Origin: a virus
Taxonomy: Duplodnaviria; Caudoviricetes
Strand: one strand, 5' to 3'
Virus record (IMG/VR): IMGVR_UViG_2061766007_000959
Length of the DNA: 64,000 nucleotides
The notes beneath the pieces were generated by a model. It saw nothing but the letters and a program-made list of their open reading frames with translations. It was not told the origin of the DNA and made no database searches. Position 1 is the stretch's first letter, and each line of letters begins with the position of its first letter. Positions 37,417-47,688 of this stretch are shown here, piece after piece. Made by a program: the position numbers and the translations under genes.

Positions 37417-39959
37417 AAACCGAATACAGCAACACCAAACACACATTGTACCTCGTCCAAACCACGGACGATTTACGGTCGATACAAACCGACGGGCATA
37501 CCGTCGCGTTGAATGTCGAAACAACGGGTTACGATTACAATAAAGACACCATTGTCGGGGTGTCAATCGCGGTGTTGGACGGGGACAGAATCACATCGTA
37601 TTATATTCCGTTACGGCACACGGTCGGTAATAACATCGACACCGAACCGACGTTCGCTTTGGTTCAGAAAATAATTGACAACAACGGGGTTTATTTTTAC
37701 AATCGTGATTTCGTGTTCACATTCCTTGAAAAAGAGGGAATCCGATGCGGTTTGAACCACACGCACGACACACAGATAATGTTGTACCTGTGTACCAACA
37801 AACCGTGTCCGACACGCAACGAATACGCGCATCTGTTTTTCCCCGACGTTCCGATTTACGAACTCGACCTCGAACGATTGAATTTCGCGGAACACAACCC
37901 CGACGTGGCTTTCATATTCGCGGCACAGAAAACGGTGTTGACAATCATGTTGGCACGGTACGTTTGGAAAACCTATGACATGATTCACAACATATACCAA
38001 TTGGATAACGAATCAAATGAGGTGGTGCGTTGGATATGTAAGAACACCGAACTACCAATATCGAAAGAACGCGTGCGGGAGGAATTGAACAACGTGAACA
38101 CCGACATCGACGAAATCAAATACAAACTACGCGGATTGTTGGGGTATGACGCGGAAATCGACAACCCCGTGAAACGTCTTGATTTGGTGCGTGAATGTAT
38201 CGGGACGGTGGAAAGCCTTTCGGATTACGCCGTGAAGGATTCCGCTCATCCCGTTGTTATGTTGGTGAAACGTTACGGGGAACTGTCCGTGTACCGAACC
38301 ACGCTTGAAAAGATGTTGGATTACGGGGACACGATGCGCGTCCGATATTCCACGGTGACGGCGGCGACAGGTCGTTTGTCGTCAGGCGGCGCGAAGGGTA
38401 ACACATTTTTCAACGATTTCAACATCCAGGCGGTTGAGAAAAAAGACGTTGTGCGTTATGTCCACCGAACCGATGACGGAATCGGTTTCACGATTGACGA
38501 CAACCCCGACAACGCGGTCAAAACGGTTAAATGCAAAGGCGGATTGCGTGACGCGTTCGTATGTCCCGACGGGTATGTTTGGGTGTCCGCCGACTACAGC
38601 GGCGAGGAAATGGTGTTGGCGGCATGTTTCAGTAAGGACGAAAACCTTATCGAACCAATACGCGAGGGAAAGGATATTCACCGACATATCGCCGAAACGA
38701 TGTTCGGACAAACGGACGACGAAAGCCGTTCACGGATAAAACAGTTGAATTTCAGTGTGATATACGGGGCGACGGAATATTCCATCGCGAAACGTTTGAA
38801 AATAACTGTGGATGAATGCCGCGAAATGTTGGCTAAATATTTCAACCATTTGGGCGGTTTGGACGAGTGGCGTAAACGGATGGTCGATAAGGCACGCAAA
38901 AACGGTTATGTATCGACGTTGTTCGGGCGACCCCGTATGTTGTTCGATTCGTATCAAAGGGGTGATTACCGCGCGGCAGACCGTTGTGCTTGCAATTCCC
39001 CGATACAGGGATGCACCCCGTTGTCGGGACATTTGGAAACCGAACATTCGGCTGTCCGTATGGAATCCGTCGTCGGTCGAAGATTGAAAGACGTTCACGG
39101 CGGTTTGTTGATACCGACACACCGTGGGGAATCCGAACCGTTGTTCTGTTTGTTCAGACGCGGGGAATGGATGATATGCGACGAAAACCATTCGTTTGTG
39201 TATGGTAATAAAAAAGCACCGAAGGTCGCGGCGTTGCGCAACGGTATAAAAAAACGCGTTTGGTTGGCTGAACTACGAAAGAAACAGTGGCGGTTCAACC
39301 GATTCGTGTTCCGTCCGTCGGGCGAATGCGCGTCGTTGTTCGTGATGTTGTGCAAGCGTGACACGGAAATAAAGGACGACAACGTGACGTTGAACAGCGC
39401 GTTGTTCAAACTTGCGTTGACCCGACATTGGTTTTCAGCGGATTACAACGCGGCGGTGTCGTTACGTTCGGTCGCGTCGATATTCGGGTACAACGTACTA
39501 TATAATGCGCGGCGTGACAAATTCAGGGTTTCGTTCCGCCGTCACAAACGGGTTCGGTTACGTTCTATCAGTTGGTGTTTGAAACAAGGAAAAACAGTTC
39601 CCGTCGGTTCGTGTACGAAGATAACCGACATGCAGATGTACGACAATCAGGGGTTCGTGAACAAAAACACGGGCGCGGATATTATCCGAATCGATTTGTG
39701 TAAATTCAAACGGTTGTTTGACACCGACGCAGATTGGGCGGCGAACGTCAAATTTGCATGTACCATACATGACGAATGCAATTTTTACGTCAAAAAGGAA
39801 TATTTGTGCGACGCGATACACAAAATATACGACACAATGTATTTCCAACACCCGTTGATGGCGTTACCTTTACGCGCCACCGTGTCCGTCGGGGCGGATT
39901 GGGGACATTTGTTAGATATTGATGTTCAATCCGTTACGGATAATAAAATATTAATATAA
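37410..39959 (+). CDS. polA: family A DNA polymerase with degenerate 3'-5' exonuclease domain and an intein
   Basis: ATGRLSS, motif A ADYSGEE, motif B R..IK..NF..IYG, GYVSTLFGRPR, NSPIQG/TGAD, motif C IHDE. Confidence 0.93.
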   Translation: MLETEYSNTKHTLYLVQTTDDLRSIQTDGHTVALNVETTGYDYNKDTIVGVSIAVLDGDRITSYYIPLRHTVGNNIDTEPTFALVQKIIDNNGVYFYNRDFVFTFLEKEGIRCGLNHTHDTQIMLYLCTNKPCPTRNEYAHLFFPDVPIYELDLERLNFAEHNPDVAFIFAAQKTVLTIMLARYVWKTYDMIHNIYQLDNESNEVVRWICKNTELPISKERVREELNNVNTDIDEIKYKLRGLLGYDAEIDNPVKRLDLVRECIGTVESLSDYAVKDSAHPVVMLVKRYGELSVYRTTLEKMLDYGDTMRVRYSTVTAATGRLSSGGAKGNTFFNDFNIQAVEKKDVVRYVHRTDDGIGFTIDDNPDNAVKTVKCKGGLRDAFVCPDGYVWVSADYSGEEMVLAACFSKDENLIEPIREGKDIHRHIAETMFGQTDDESRSRIKQLNFSVIYGATEYSIAKRLKITVDECREMLAKYFNHLGGLDEWRKRMVDKARKNGYVSTLFGRPRMLFDSYQRGDYRAADRCACNSPIQGCTPLSGHLETEHSAVRMESVVGRRLKDVHGGLLIPTHRGESEPLFCLFRRGEWMICDENHSFVYGNKKAPKVAALRNGIKKRVWLAELRKKQWRFNRFVFRPSGECASLFVMLCKRDTEIKDDNVTLNSALFKLALTRHWFSADYNAAVSLRSVASIFGYNVLYNARRDKFRVSFRRHKRVRLRSISWCLKQGKTVPVGSCTKITDMQMYDNQGFVNKNTGADIIRIDLCKFKRLFDTDADWAANVKFACTIHDECNFYVKKEYLCDAIHKIYDTMYFQHPLMALPLRATVSVGADWGHLLDIDVQSVTDNKILI
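39012..39668 (+). mobile_element. intein (219 aa) in DNA polymerase; endonuclease domain degenerate
   Basis: Splits conserved NSPIQG|TGADI; starts Cys, block B CDENH, ends GFVNKN before Thr. Confidence 0.88.
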
Positions 39960-40046
39960 AAATATTTTACATATTGTATTGTTTGTATCAAAATTATGTG
40001 TACATTTGTGTATTAAAATTTTGTTGAATTTAAAAACGATACGGTT

Positions 40047-40811
40047 ATGGCACGTTATGTAACAGAATTTCATTTGACACACCCCGTGAACGATTTGGAC
40101 GCGGCTCGTGAATATTTACAAGCCGATAATATGACGGAATATTTAATCGATGACCTCGATTATTTGAAATTGACACGTCTTCAACCATCGGACATCGTGA
40201 ATCTCCAATGGGATTTACAGGACAAACAATACGGTTTGATTTATCTTGATACCGCGATTGACCTTACCGATGACGAATTGGCGAAAATATCCGATTGGGT
40301 CAGCGGGCAAAACAGCGACGGATTGGGCGAGGGGTTTGAGCAACAGGATTTCGCGGCGGGTGAAGATTGGGAGGAATACGAATACGAGGATGAAGATGGT
40401 GACACACAAACGGATTATGAAGAGGTAAGCACTATGGCATCGTTCGATTGGAAAACCAACAATTATTCGTTTAAAAAAATATCTGATTCGCGCCGCGTGA
40501 ACGATTTTTACTATAACGAAGAATCGAGGACAATGCGCAACTATTCGGATTTGTCCGAACAGGAAAAAAACAATGAATTGATACAGACATACGAATACGC
40601 GTTCACGTACATGATGAACAACCTCGACAGTTATATCGATACAACGAACGACCGCGCCGTCAAGGATTACATCGCCGAACAGGTTTACATATTCATGGGT
40701 AACGACCCGATGTTCGATAAAGACCAAATCGAATTGCACGGTATCAATTACGACAACGGGTTCGCCGAAGATTTGATTGATTTTCTATATAACGAATTTT
40801 TGGAACAATAA
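40047..40811 (+). CDS. acidic two-domain protein with internal KISDSRRVND linker
   Basis: SGQNSDGLGEGFEQ motif; own promoter near 40001. Confidence 0.65.
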   Translation: MARYVTEFHLTHPVNDLDAAREYLQADNMTEYLIDDLDYLKLTRLQPSDIVNLQWDLQDKQYGLIYLDTAIDLTDDELAKISDWVSGQNSDGLGEGFEQQDFAAGEDWEEYEYEDEDGDTQTDYEEVSTMASFDWKTNNYSFKKISDSRRVNDFYYNEESRTMRNYSDLSEQEKNNELIQTYEYAFTYMMNNLDSYIDTTNDRAVKDYIAEQVYIFMGNDPMFDKDQIELHGINYDNGFAEDLIDFLYNEFLEQ

Positions 40812-40850
40812 AGCAGAAGCCATTTTTTAAAATAGGTTGTGAATCACAAC

Positions 40851-40888
40851 CAAATCCGTATAATTTTTATAATTGTACGGATTTTTTT
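40851..40888 (+). terminator. intrinsic terminator
   Basis: AAATCCGTA...TACGGATTT plus T run. Confidence 0.7.
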
Positions 40889-40922
40889 ATTTTTGTGGAA
40901 AACAATTTAAAATCGTAACACG

Positions 40923-42656
40923 ATGGCTGAAAATAGAAGAATCGTACAATTACATAAAAAGGACGACACAAGCGAATTGTGGATTCCAATCAACACGGGT
41001 GAGTGTGTTGAAATGACGGATTACGTGAATAACGGTGAAACGGGTTCGATAACACAAATCGACAATCTTAACACCGCGCTTGCAAAATTAGAGAACACAA
41101 AAGCCGATGCGGGCGAGTCACTTGCGGATTACAACATCACCGACGCTTACACGAAAGATGAAATTGACATTTTGTTGTCAGGAATATATCATGTACATGG
41201 CAGTTTGGCAAGTACGGACATTCATTCCACATTGTTGGATTCAGACACAAAGACGGGTGATGTTTACAATCTTTCGGACGATACCGTATTGACAAATGAC
41301 TTTATTGAATACGAAGGTGTTGCCACTCCGATTTCCGCAGGTACAAACATCGTTGTTGTGAACACGGGTACAAATGAAAACCCCGTGTATAAATTTGACA
41401 TGCTTGCCATGAACATATCGTCAGCAATACAGGCGGCGACATCAACGGCATTAGGTGGTATCAAAATAGGTTACACGGACAACACCACGGGTACGAGAAA
41501 CTACCCTGTTAGTTTGGATAACAACGATAAGGCATTTGTCAATGTTCCGTGGGCGAACACCGAATATTCACTTGGATTAAACGGAAACACGTTATCCCTT
41601 ACACCATCTACGGGTACAGCCCAAACGGTGACATTACCAAGCGTTCTGCCTGACGGCACGAACAAATCGGGAAAATGTTTAAAGGTTGTTGATAACAGTG
41701 GCACATTGTCATGGGAGGATGACCTTACGGCAACATACACGGCGGGTGTCGGTTTGGATTTGAACAACGGGACATTCAAGGTAAAATTGAACAGTGAAAC
41801 AAGTTTGGGTACGATTGGAACAACACCGAAATTATACGCTGTCGGTGTGGATTCAAACGGCAAACTGTGTACGAATGTCACATGGGATAACACACATTAC
41901 ACGGCGACCCCCGTATTAGGCGCAACAAACGCGACGGCGAACGCGACGGCGGCAACCAACAATGACGCGACATACATGAATATTGTTGAGAACAACGCGA
42001 AATCGGGCGGAATACAAATCATAGGTACAGGTTTGGTAAGTGTAAGTGCAAAAGACGGAGTATTGACGGTTGTTGGAACTGACCCCATTCCGTCACAAAC
42101 AGGACATAACAACAAATTCCTTTCAACCAACGGCACTACATTGTCATGGGCAACCCCGTCGGATTTAAACACATTCCGTGTTATTCAGGTTGACAATACG
42201 CAATTGTTGGCGACGGATTCAAACAAGGCGTTCGATATTATCGGCGGACGTAACGTGACGTTGACGACGGACAACACACAATCGGGTTACGCGTCGGTTA
42301 CAATTGATGTTCCAATAACAGATAACAAACCGACCGTCACCAACTCCGCCGCGTCAATCACGTTCAAATACGGTAACAACTATTTCGTGGGCGCATCGGC
42401 GTATTCCGCACCAAGCGTGAATGCGGGTTCGGCGGTAACAACCCTTACAATCACAGATGGCAACGGGGTGAACGACAGTACGGACTTTGAGGCAAACGTG
42501 TTCTTTAAGGCGGGTGATAATGCGTCGGGAATGACAGTAACGTTACCATCAGGATTTATGTTGATTGGTGAAGAACCTGAATATGTGTCGGGAAACGTTT
42601 ATTTGGTTTCATTCTACAAGGGTACGGCGATATTCGGTGAAATGACAGTAGTATAA
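40923..42656 (+). CDS. tail/head fibre-like protein
   Basis: ATSTALGGIKIG, TYTAGVGL, PSQTGHNNKFLSTNGTTLSW fibre modules; Thr/Asn-rich. Confidence 0.7.
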   Translation: MAENRRIVQLHKKDDTSELWIPINTGECVEMTDYVNNGETGSITQIDNLNTALAKLENTKADAGESLADYNITDAYTKDEIDILLSGIYHVHGSLASTDIHSTLLDSDTKTGDVYNLSDDTVLTNDFIEYEGVATPISAGTNIVVVNTGTNENPVYKFDMLAMNISSAIQAATSTALGGIKIGYTDNTTGTRNYPVSLDNNDKAFVNVPWANTEYSLGLNGNTLSLTPSTGTAQTVTLPSVLPDGTNKSGKCLKVVDNSGTLSWEDDLTATYTAGVGLDLNNGTFKVKLNSETSLGTIGTTPKLYAVGVDSNGKLCTNVTWDNTHYTATPVLGATNATANATAATNNDATYMNIVENNAKSGGIQIIGTGLVSVSAKDGVLTVVGTDPIPSQTGHNNKFLSTNGTTLSWATPSDLNTFRVIQVDNTQLLATDSNKAFDIIGGRNVTLTTDNTQSGYASVTIDVPITDNKPTVTNSAASITFKYGNNYFVGASAYSAPSVNAGSAVTTLTITDGNGVNDSTDFEANVFFKAGDNASGMTVTLPSGFMLIGEEPEYVSGNVYLVSFYKGTAIFGEMTVV

Positions 42657-42675
42657 CAACAAACATGACGATATT

Positions 42676-44958
42676 ATGGCGATACGACATTGGCATTGGC
42701 TGTTGACGCAAAAGAAAGACGAACCCGAACCAACGGATTACAAGGTACGGGGTACAGCGATAAACAACGCACAGTTTGAACCCGATTACGCAGGATATGA
42801 ACAAGTTCCGTTAATGGATAATAATTATTATAATTATTATTTGAACGGTGATATTGATCCAGAAATCACGCCACTTAACGATAAAGTGTATTATTATTAT
42901 GACTATCAAGATTATACACAAAAATATTTTTACATAGAAAACAACACGGTTGTCGATTATACACCCCCGAAACCGAACGGAAGTATCACGTTTAATGTCA
43001 AATTCAAAACAGACGGGGTTGTGGATTCAGATTTCACAAATATTGTTTGTTCGGTTAGTCCTGAAGGTGATTGGGAATTTACGTATTCAACAAATAAAGT
43101 CATTTATTCCATCGATAGTTTTCATAATGAAAATGACACATATTATGACGAAATATACGGTGAATTTTCCGATTACGCAACACACATTTTGACATCGGTT
43201 GATTTTAGTAAATGTGACCGATTAAACAGTTTAGTTTCGATGACGAACGCGTTTTCAGGTTGTGTGTATTTGCGTAATATAGTTTTTAGCAATAAACAAT
43301 CGTTTACAAATTTGGAATATGCAACGAACGCGTTTTTTGATTGTAATTTGGTTAATTCTGCTGTTGTAAAAATATTATCCGCGCCGAATTTAACTAACGA
43401 TTACATAAGTTTGGGGTTGTATTCGTTTTATGACAATAACATTCATTATGCGATAAAACAGGATTTACAAAACGCGTATTATTTATCAATTGATGATTAT
43501 TACAATAGTGACAATACCGTCGTTACAATACCGTCACAAATAACAATCGGAAACAACACGCTGACGGTTAAAAATATAATTATAAACAACAATACGGGAC
43601 GTGACGCGTTTTATCAGGCTAACATTACCCAAATAACTATACCGAACACAATACAACGAATCGGTTGGGGTTCGTTCATTAGTTGTTACGATTTAACAAC
43701 GGTTGTCATAAATTCAAATTCTGTTTTGTCGGATATTGGTATATGCGCATTTTACGGTTGTAACAATTTGCAACAAATAACACTTCCGAACACGGTAACG
43801 ACAATCGGTTCATATGCGTTTGGATATTGTGAAAATTTAACCCAAATGACAATTCCAAATTCTGTAACTATATTGGGATATAGTCAACAATACGGAAATG
43901 ATAGTTTTTGGGAAGATTACGGGTATATGATAGATAGTGGCGAAACATATGTTTGGCGTAATTATCATTTACATGGTGGTGGTGATTCCCCATACAGTTA
44001 CCAGGGCAGGGAAGAAACAAGCGTATTCGCTTATTGTTACGATTTAACATCGGTTGTTTTATCAAATACGATAACACAAATAGTGTCACAATGTTTTTAC
44101 GATTGTACATCGTTGACATCGATAACCATTCCAAATTCGGTGACGGAAATTCATTTTTATGCGTTTGAAAATTGTGAGAGTTTGTCATCCGTTCAATTAT
44201 CAAACAATTTGGTGACAATTGGCGATGGCGCATTCAGAAACAATAATTTAAGTTCAATATCGTTCCCAAGCACAATACGACAAATCGGTCAAGGTAATTT
44301 TATAGGTGTTCAAAACGTGTCGTTCCCGAATATAAGCGTTTTGTACACATTAACATGTTGGGCGTATGACCGTGCAACCAATTATAATGTTGTGGCACGT
44401 TATTTGAAAGCCAATAACATAAACCAAATAACCATTCCGAATACAGTGACAGAAATTGGTGGCGGTGTATTCGCGTATTGTGACAATTTAACATCGGTAA
44501 CAATACCTAATACCATCACCAAAATAAATAACTCTGCATTCTTGTATTGTACGGGATTAACACAAATAACCATACCTAATTCCGTAACGATAATTGGTGA
44601 TAACGTATTTGAGCAATGCACGGGATTGACACAAATAGTTATATCCAATTCCCTGGTTATGATTGGCGAATACGCATTTGCATATTGTACAGGGGTAACA
44701 CAACAAATCGTCATGCCAAATTCTTTAACCAAAATAGACCGTTATTGTTTTTACGGGTGTTTAGGGTTGACGGATGTTTACATACCAATTTCGGTTACAA
44801 CAATCGGGTGTGAGGCATTCAACAATAATAATATAACATTCCATTGTGAAGCACAATCCAAACCCGCTGATTGGTATGTAGAGTATCATTATTCAGACGG
44901 TCAAATCCATTATTGGAACACCAACATGGGTACGGTAAATTACGGGGAAACATGGTAA
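42676..44958 (+). CDS. BspA-type leucine-rich repeat (LRR_5) protein, putative adhesin/receptor-binding protein
   Basis: Many LTxITIPNSVTxIGxxAFxxC repeats. Confidence 0.9.
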   Translation: MAIRHWHWLLTQKKDEPEPTDYKVRGTAINNAQFEPDYAGYEQVPLMDNNYYNYYLNGDIDPEITPLNDKVYYYYDYQDYTQKYFYIENNTVVDYTPPKPNGSITFNVKFKTDGVVDSDFTNIVCSVSPEGDWEFTYSTNKVIYSIDSFHNENDTYYDEIYGEFSDYATHILTSVDFSKCDRLNSLVSMTNAFSGCVYLRNIVFSNKQSFTNLEYATNAFFDCNLVNSAVVKILSAPNLTNDYISLGLYSFYDNNIHYAIKQDLQNAYYLSIDDYYNSDNTVVTIPSQITIGNNTLTVKNIIINNNTGRDAFYQANITQITIPNTIQRIGWGSFISCYDLTTVVINSNSVLSDIGICAFYGCNNLQQITLPNTVTTIGSYAFGYCENLTQMTIPNSVTILGYSQQYGNDSFWEDYGYMIDSGETYVWRNYHLHGGGDSPYSYQGREETSVFAYCYDLTSVVLSNTITQIVSQCFYDCTSLTSITIPNSVTEIHFYAFENCESLSSVQLSNNLVTIGDGAFRNNNLSSISFPSTIRQIGQGNFIGVQNVSFPNISVLYTLTCWAYDRATNYNVVARYLKANNINQITIPNTVTEIGGGVFAYCDNLTSVTIPNTITKINNSAFLYCTGLTQITIPNSVTIIGDNVFEQCTGLTQIVISNSLVMIGEYAFAYCTGVTQQIVMPNSLTKIDRYCFYGCLGLTDVYIPISVTTIGCEAFNNNNITFHCEAQSKPADWYVEYHYSDGQIHYWNTNMGTVNYGETW

Positions 44959-44975
44959 CAAAAACAAATACAGAA

Positions 44976-45701
44976 ATGGAAACAATTGTAACATTAACCT
45001 CATTCGGAAAACGGATAAGAACAACAATGCCGCAATCGGTTGAGTCAATCAACAAACAAATCGGATTCAAACCCGAATTGATTGTTTTGTATGTCACCCG
45101 TGACGATTACGAATCCGCAAAATCTGTGTCAAAACAATTCGACAACTTGGACGTGCGAACTGTACCTGAAGACATACGCTGTTACAAAAAATACACAGCG
45201 TTGACCGAACGGGAGTTCGACGACAAATTTGTTTGGGTCATCGACGATGATTTGTATTACAGTGATTACGATTACGAATCGTTCGTCAAAACATACGACA
45301 AACACAACGGAAAACCAATGGTTTACGGTTTTAATTTTTGGGAAGTGAAATCATTTGACGAATATTTTTACAGAAACCAAATCAAAAAAAACGGAATCGT
45401 TAAAGGAAATTATGTGATTGGTTGTAACAAAATATTCCCCCCGAACGTCGCACGCCTTGAACCAAATTTCCTTAATGCGGCATTCCGTATTTCCCCGACG
45501 TGTGACGACACATATCTGTCCCCGTATTTAATAAGCAGCAACATATCCGTGTGTAAAATCAAATTACCCGATGACAAATTCGAAAACTACAAACAACTTG
45601 AAATACCGTCGAACACAATCAAACTAATAAACGTGAATCGTTATTTATGGAAATCGAATCTAAAACGTAATTTTGACCATTTTGGTTTGTACCGACCGTG
45701 A
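44976..45701 (+). CDS. glycosyltransferase, GT-A fold (GT2-like)
   Basis: IVTLTSF..RI, DIRCYKK, VIDDDLYY, CDD motifs. Confidence 0.8.
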   Translation: METIVTLTSFGKRIRTTMPQSVESINKQIGFKPELIVLYVTRDDYESAKSVSKQFDNLDVRTVPEDIRCYKKYTALTEREFDDKFVWVIDDDLYYSDYDYESFVKTYDKHNGKPMVYGFNFWEVKSFDEYFYRNQIKKNGIVKGNYVIGCNKIFPPNVARLEPNFLNAAFRISPTCDDTYLSPYLISSNISVCKIKLPDDKFENYKQLEIPSNTIKLINVNRYLWKSNLKRNFDHFGLYRP

Positions 45702-45780
45702 CACAACTTATCAACAATCCTAACAATGTAATGATAATGCGGTTATCTTTGCGCACGGAAACAATTAAAACTTAACGACA

Positions 45781-45993
45781 ATGGAAATAAAGGACATTCT
45801 TTACGAAAAGACGTACAACAGAATCGCGTTCATCGACAGAATCAACGATGCGATACGCGACAAAAAAATGATTCAGCGTCAGGTGGCAATCGACCTCGGT
45901 TTCTACCCGCAGAACCTTAACGCCTTCCTGAAAGGCAAAATGGCTATGTCAACCGAAAAAATAAAAAAACTTACCGACTATGTCGGAATGTAA
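45781..45993 (+). CDS. XRE/Cro-type HTH transcriptional regulator
   Basis: QRQVAIDLGFYPQNLNAFLKGK helix-turn-helix. Confidence 0.85.
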   Translation: MEIKDILYEKTYNRIAFIDRINDAIRDKKMIQRQVAIDLGFYPQNLNAFLKGKMAMSTEKIKKLTDYVGM

Positions 45994-45994
45994 A

Positions 45995-46530
45995 AAATTA
46001 ACACGTATATTTGCACAATCAAAAACATAAGACAATATCATTACATCATTACATTAATGAACATTACAAATCACATATCATTTTCAAATTCTAACAATCT
46101 ATCACAAAAAGATACCTGTATACTTTCATTTCGTAACTTTTTTAATCATTTTAATTACAATTTATCACAATCTTCTACCATTAACATAACAAATCAAAAC
46201 GGAAGTGCCGAAAAACCACACGCCAGACCATATCTTTTTCCGTATATGTGGAGCGTAAAGCATACACACGGCGTATTGGGTTGTAGAAATCGGACGGTGA
46301 GAAAAACAACGACAGCAGATAATAATAATAATAATAGTAACAACAGTAATAACGATTACAACTATAACCGTAATATGAATGACTATTGTGATTACAATCG
46401 TAATAACAATAACAATCATAACAACCGTTATAAACGTTATACTAAACACACCAGTCACATAAGTACGTGTACGTATATATTCTTTAAACCAACCAACAGT
46501 GTTGGTATTAATAATATCCTTCGTAAACCT
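45995..46530. other. AT-rich, probably non-coding region with CATTAC and (AAT/AAC)n repeats; candidate replication origin
   Basis: Low complexity, short tandem repeats, local C-over-G skew alongside. Confidence 0.35.
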
Positions 46531-46536
46531 CTCCGT

Positions 46537-46731
46537 ATGTGCTTGGCAGTGTCACTTATCGCAACCACGGTTTCATGCAACCGTTCATACGTCTACCGCG
46601 TCGAATACAACAACGGTTCTGTGGAATACTTCGACTACGAACCCGATAACGCGGCAGACGCGGCAGAAACCGTGAAAGAAACAAAAAAAATCAGAACGGA
46701 CGAAATACAAAAATACGAGAACAACCAATGA
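46537..46731 (+). CDS. small putative lipoprotein
   Basis: Hydrophobic stretch ending TVSC; start uncertain. Confidence 0.4.
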   Translation: MCLAVSLIATTVSCNRSYVYRVEYNNGSVEYFDYEPDNAADAAETVKETKKIRTDEIQKYENNQ

Positions 46732-47165
46732 AAGCGGTCAAAATACAAAACCGAAGCATAATCCCGTCGGGAACAACGGACGGTTGCGTCACACTTAACG
46801 GCGACAAACGCCGCGCGACGTACTACCCATACGAATCCCCGATTTTCAGCTTCGTCGTGTACACCGACGGCAAACAAACATCCGCCGAACGCTCACGACG
46901 CGCCGCAATCAAACGTTGTAACGAACTGTCAAAACCCGACTCCGTGACATACATACGCCTCGGAAGCAAACTCGTATATTTCCTCGAATACGGTCAAAAA
47001 CCCGTGTTCTTCCGTGGATTCCAAACCAGTAATTGGAAAAACAAACCATACGAACGCGCATTGATAGATTACGACCAACACACACCAAAGGACATCACCG
47101 AACGGTACGACGCAATCACATTCGCGCTCGAACAAATGGCACAACAAAATGAAACACACGATTAA
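46728..47165 (+). CDS. hypothetical protein
   Basis: ATGA overlap. Confidence 0.65.
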   Translation: MKAVKIQNRSIIPSGTTDGCVTLNGDKRRATYYPYESPIFSFVVYTDGKQTSAERSRRAAIKRCNELSKPDSVTYIRLGSKLVYFLEYGQKPVFFRGFQTSNWKNKPYERALIDYDQHTPKDITERYDAITFALEQMAQQNETHD

Positions 47166-47688
47166 CCTTAAATCAAACCTCTACACCTTCGGTAAGTTCG
47201 GAAAGGCACTCCTCGAAGTCCTCGACACACAGAACCTCTACGACCGCGGCAAAATCAAAGCAAAGATAACCGCCGACGACATCAACCCCGACGACTATTG
47301 CAGAATACACTGCCGCGACATTTGGTACATGGACGGTTTCCTGCGCACATCCAACATACGCCACATCGCGTACCAACCCGCGCACCTTAACCACCTGTTC
47401 AAGGACGACACACTGTACATATCCTACGAACGACCAATCAAACCTTCAAACGACACCACGTTGATAACATTCAACGGCGCGGATTTCCACATCAGCGGAA
47501 ACGACATCATCAACATCGTCAACCACGCAGAAAAACACGGTCTTCCCGACCTACAACACGAACTCCAACACATCAAAACGGAAATACGACAGAAAGTGGA
47601 ATGGTTCAGAACAAACCACCCCGACGAGTATTTCCGCGCGTTCCAAACAAACGAACCGACCGACGTGTTCAAATACTACCAATCATGA
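47149..47688 (+). CDS. hypothetical protein
   Basis: Overlapping chain of ORFs. Confidence 0.7.
   Translation: MKHTINLKSNLYTFGKFGKALLEVLDTQNLYDRGKIKAKITADDINPDDYCRIHCRDIWYMDGFLRTSNIRHIAYQPAHLNHLFKDDTLYISYERPIKPSNDTTLITFNGADFHISGNDIINIVNHAEKHGLPDLQHELQHIKTEIRQKVEWFRTNHPDEYFRAFQTNEPTDVFKYYQS

Noticed and set aside
42676-46450. Diversity-generating retroelement targeting the LRR or fibre, with the AAC-rich tract as template
   Set aside because: No reverse transcriptase in the window and no template/variable repeat pair differing only at adenines was found.
46057-46536. N-terminal 160 codons of the 224-aa ORF
   Set aside because: Low-complexity poly-Asn translation of an AT-rich repeat tract; only the 3' part looks like a real gene.
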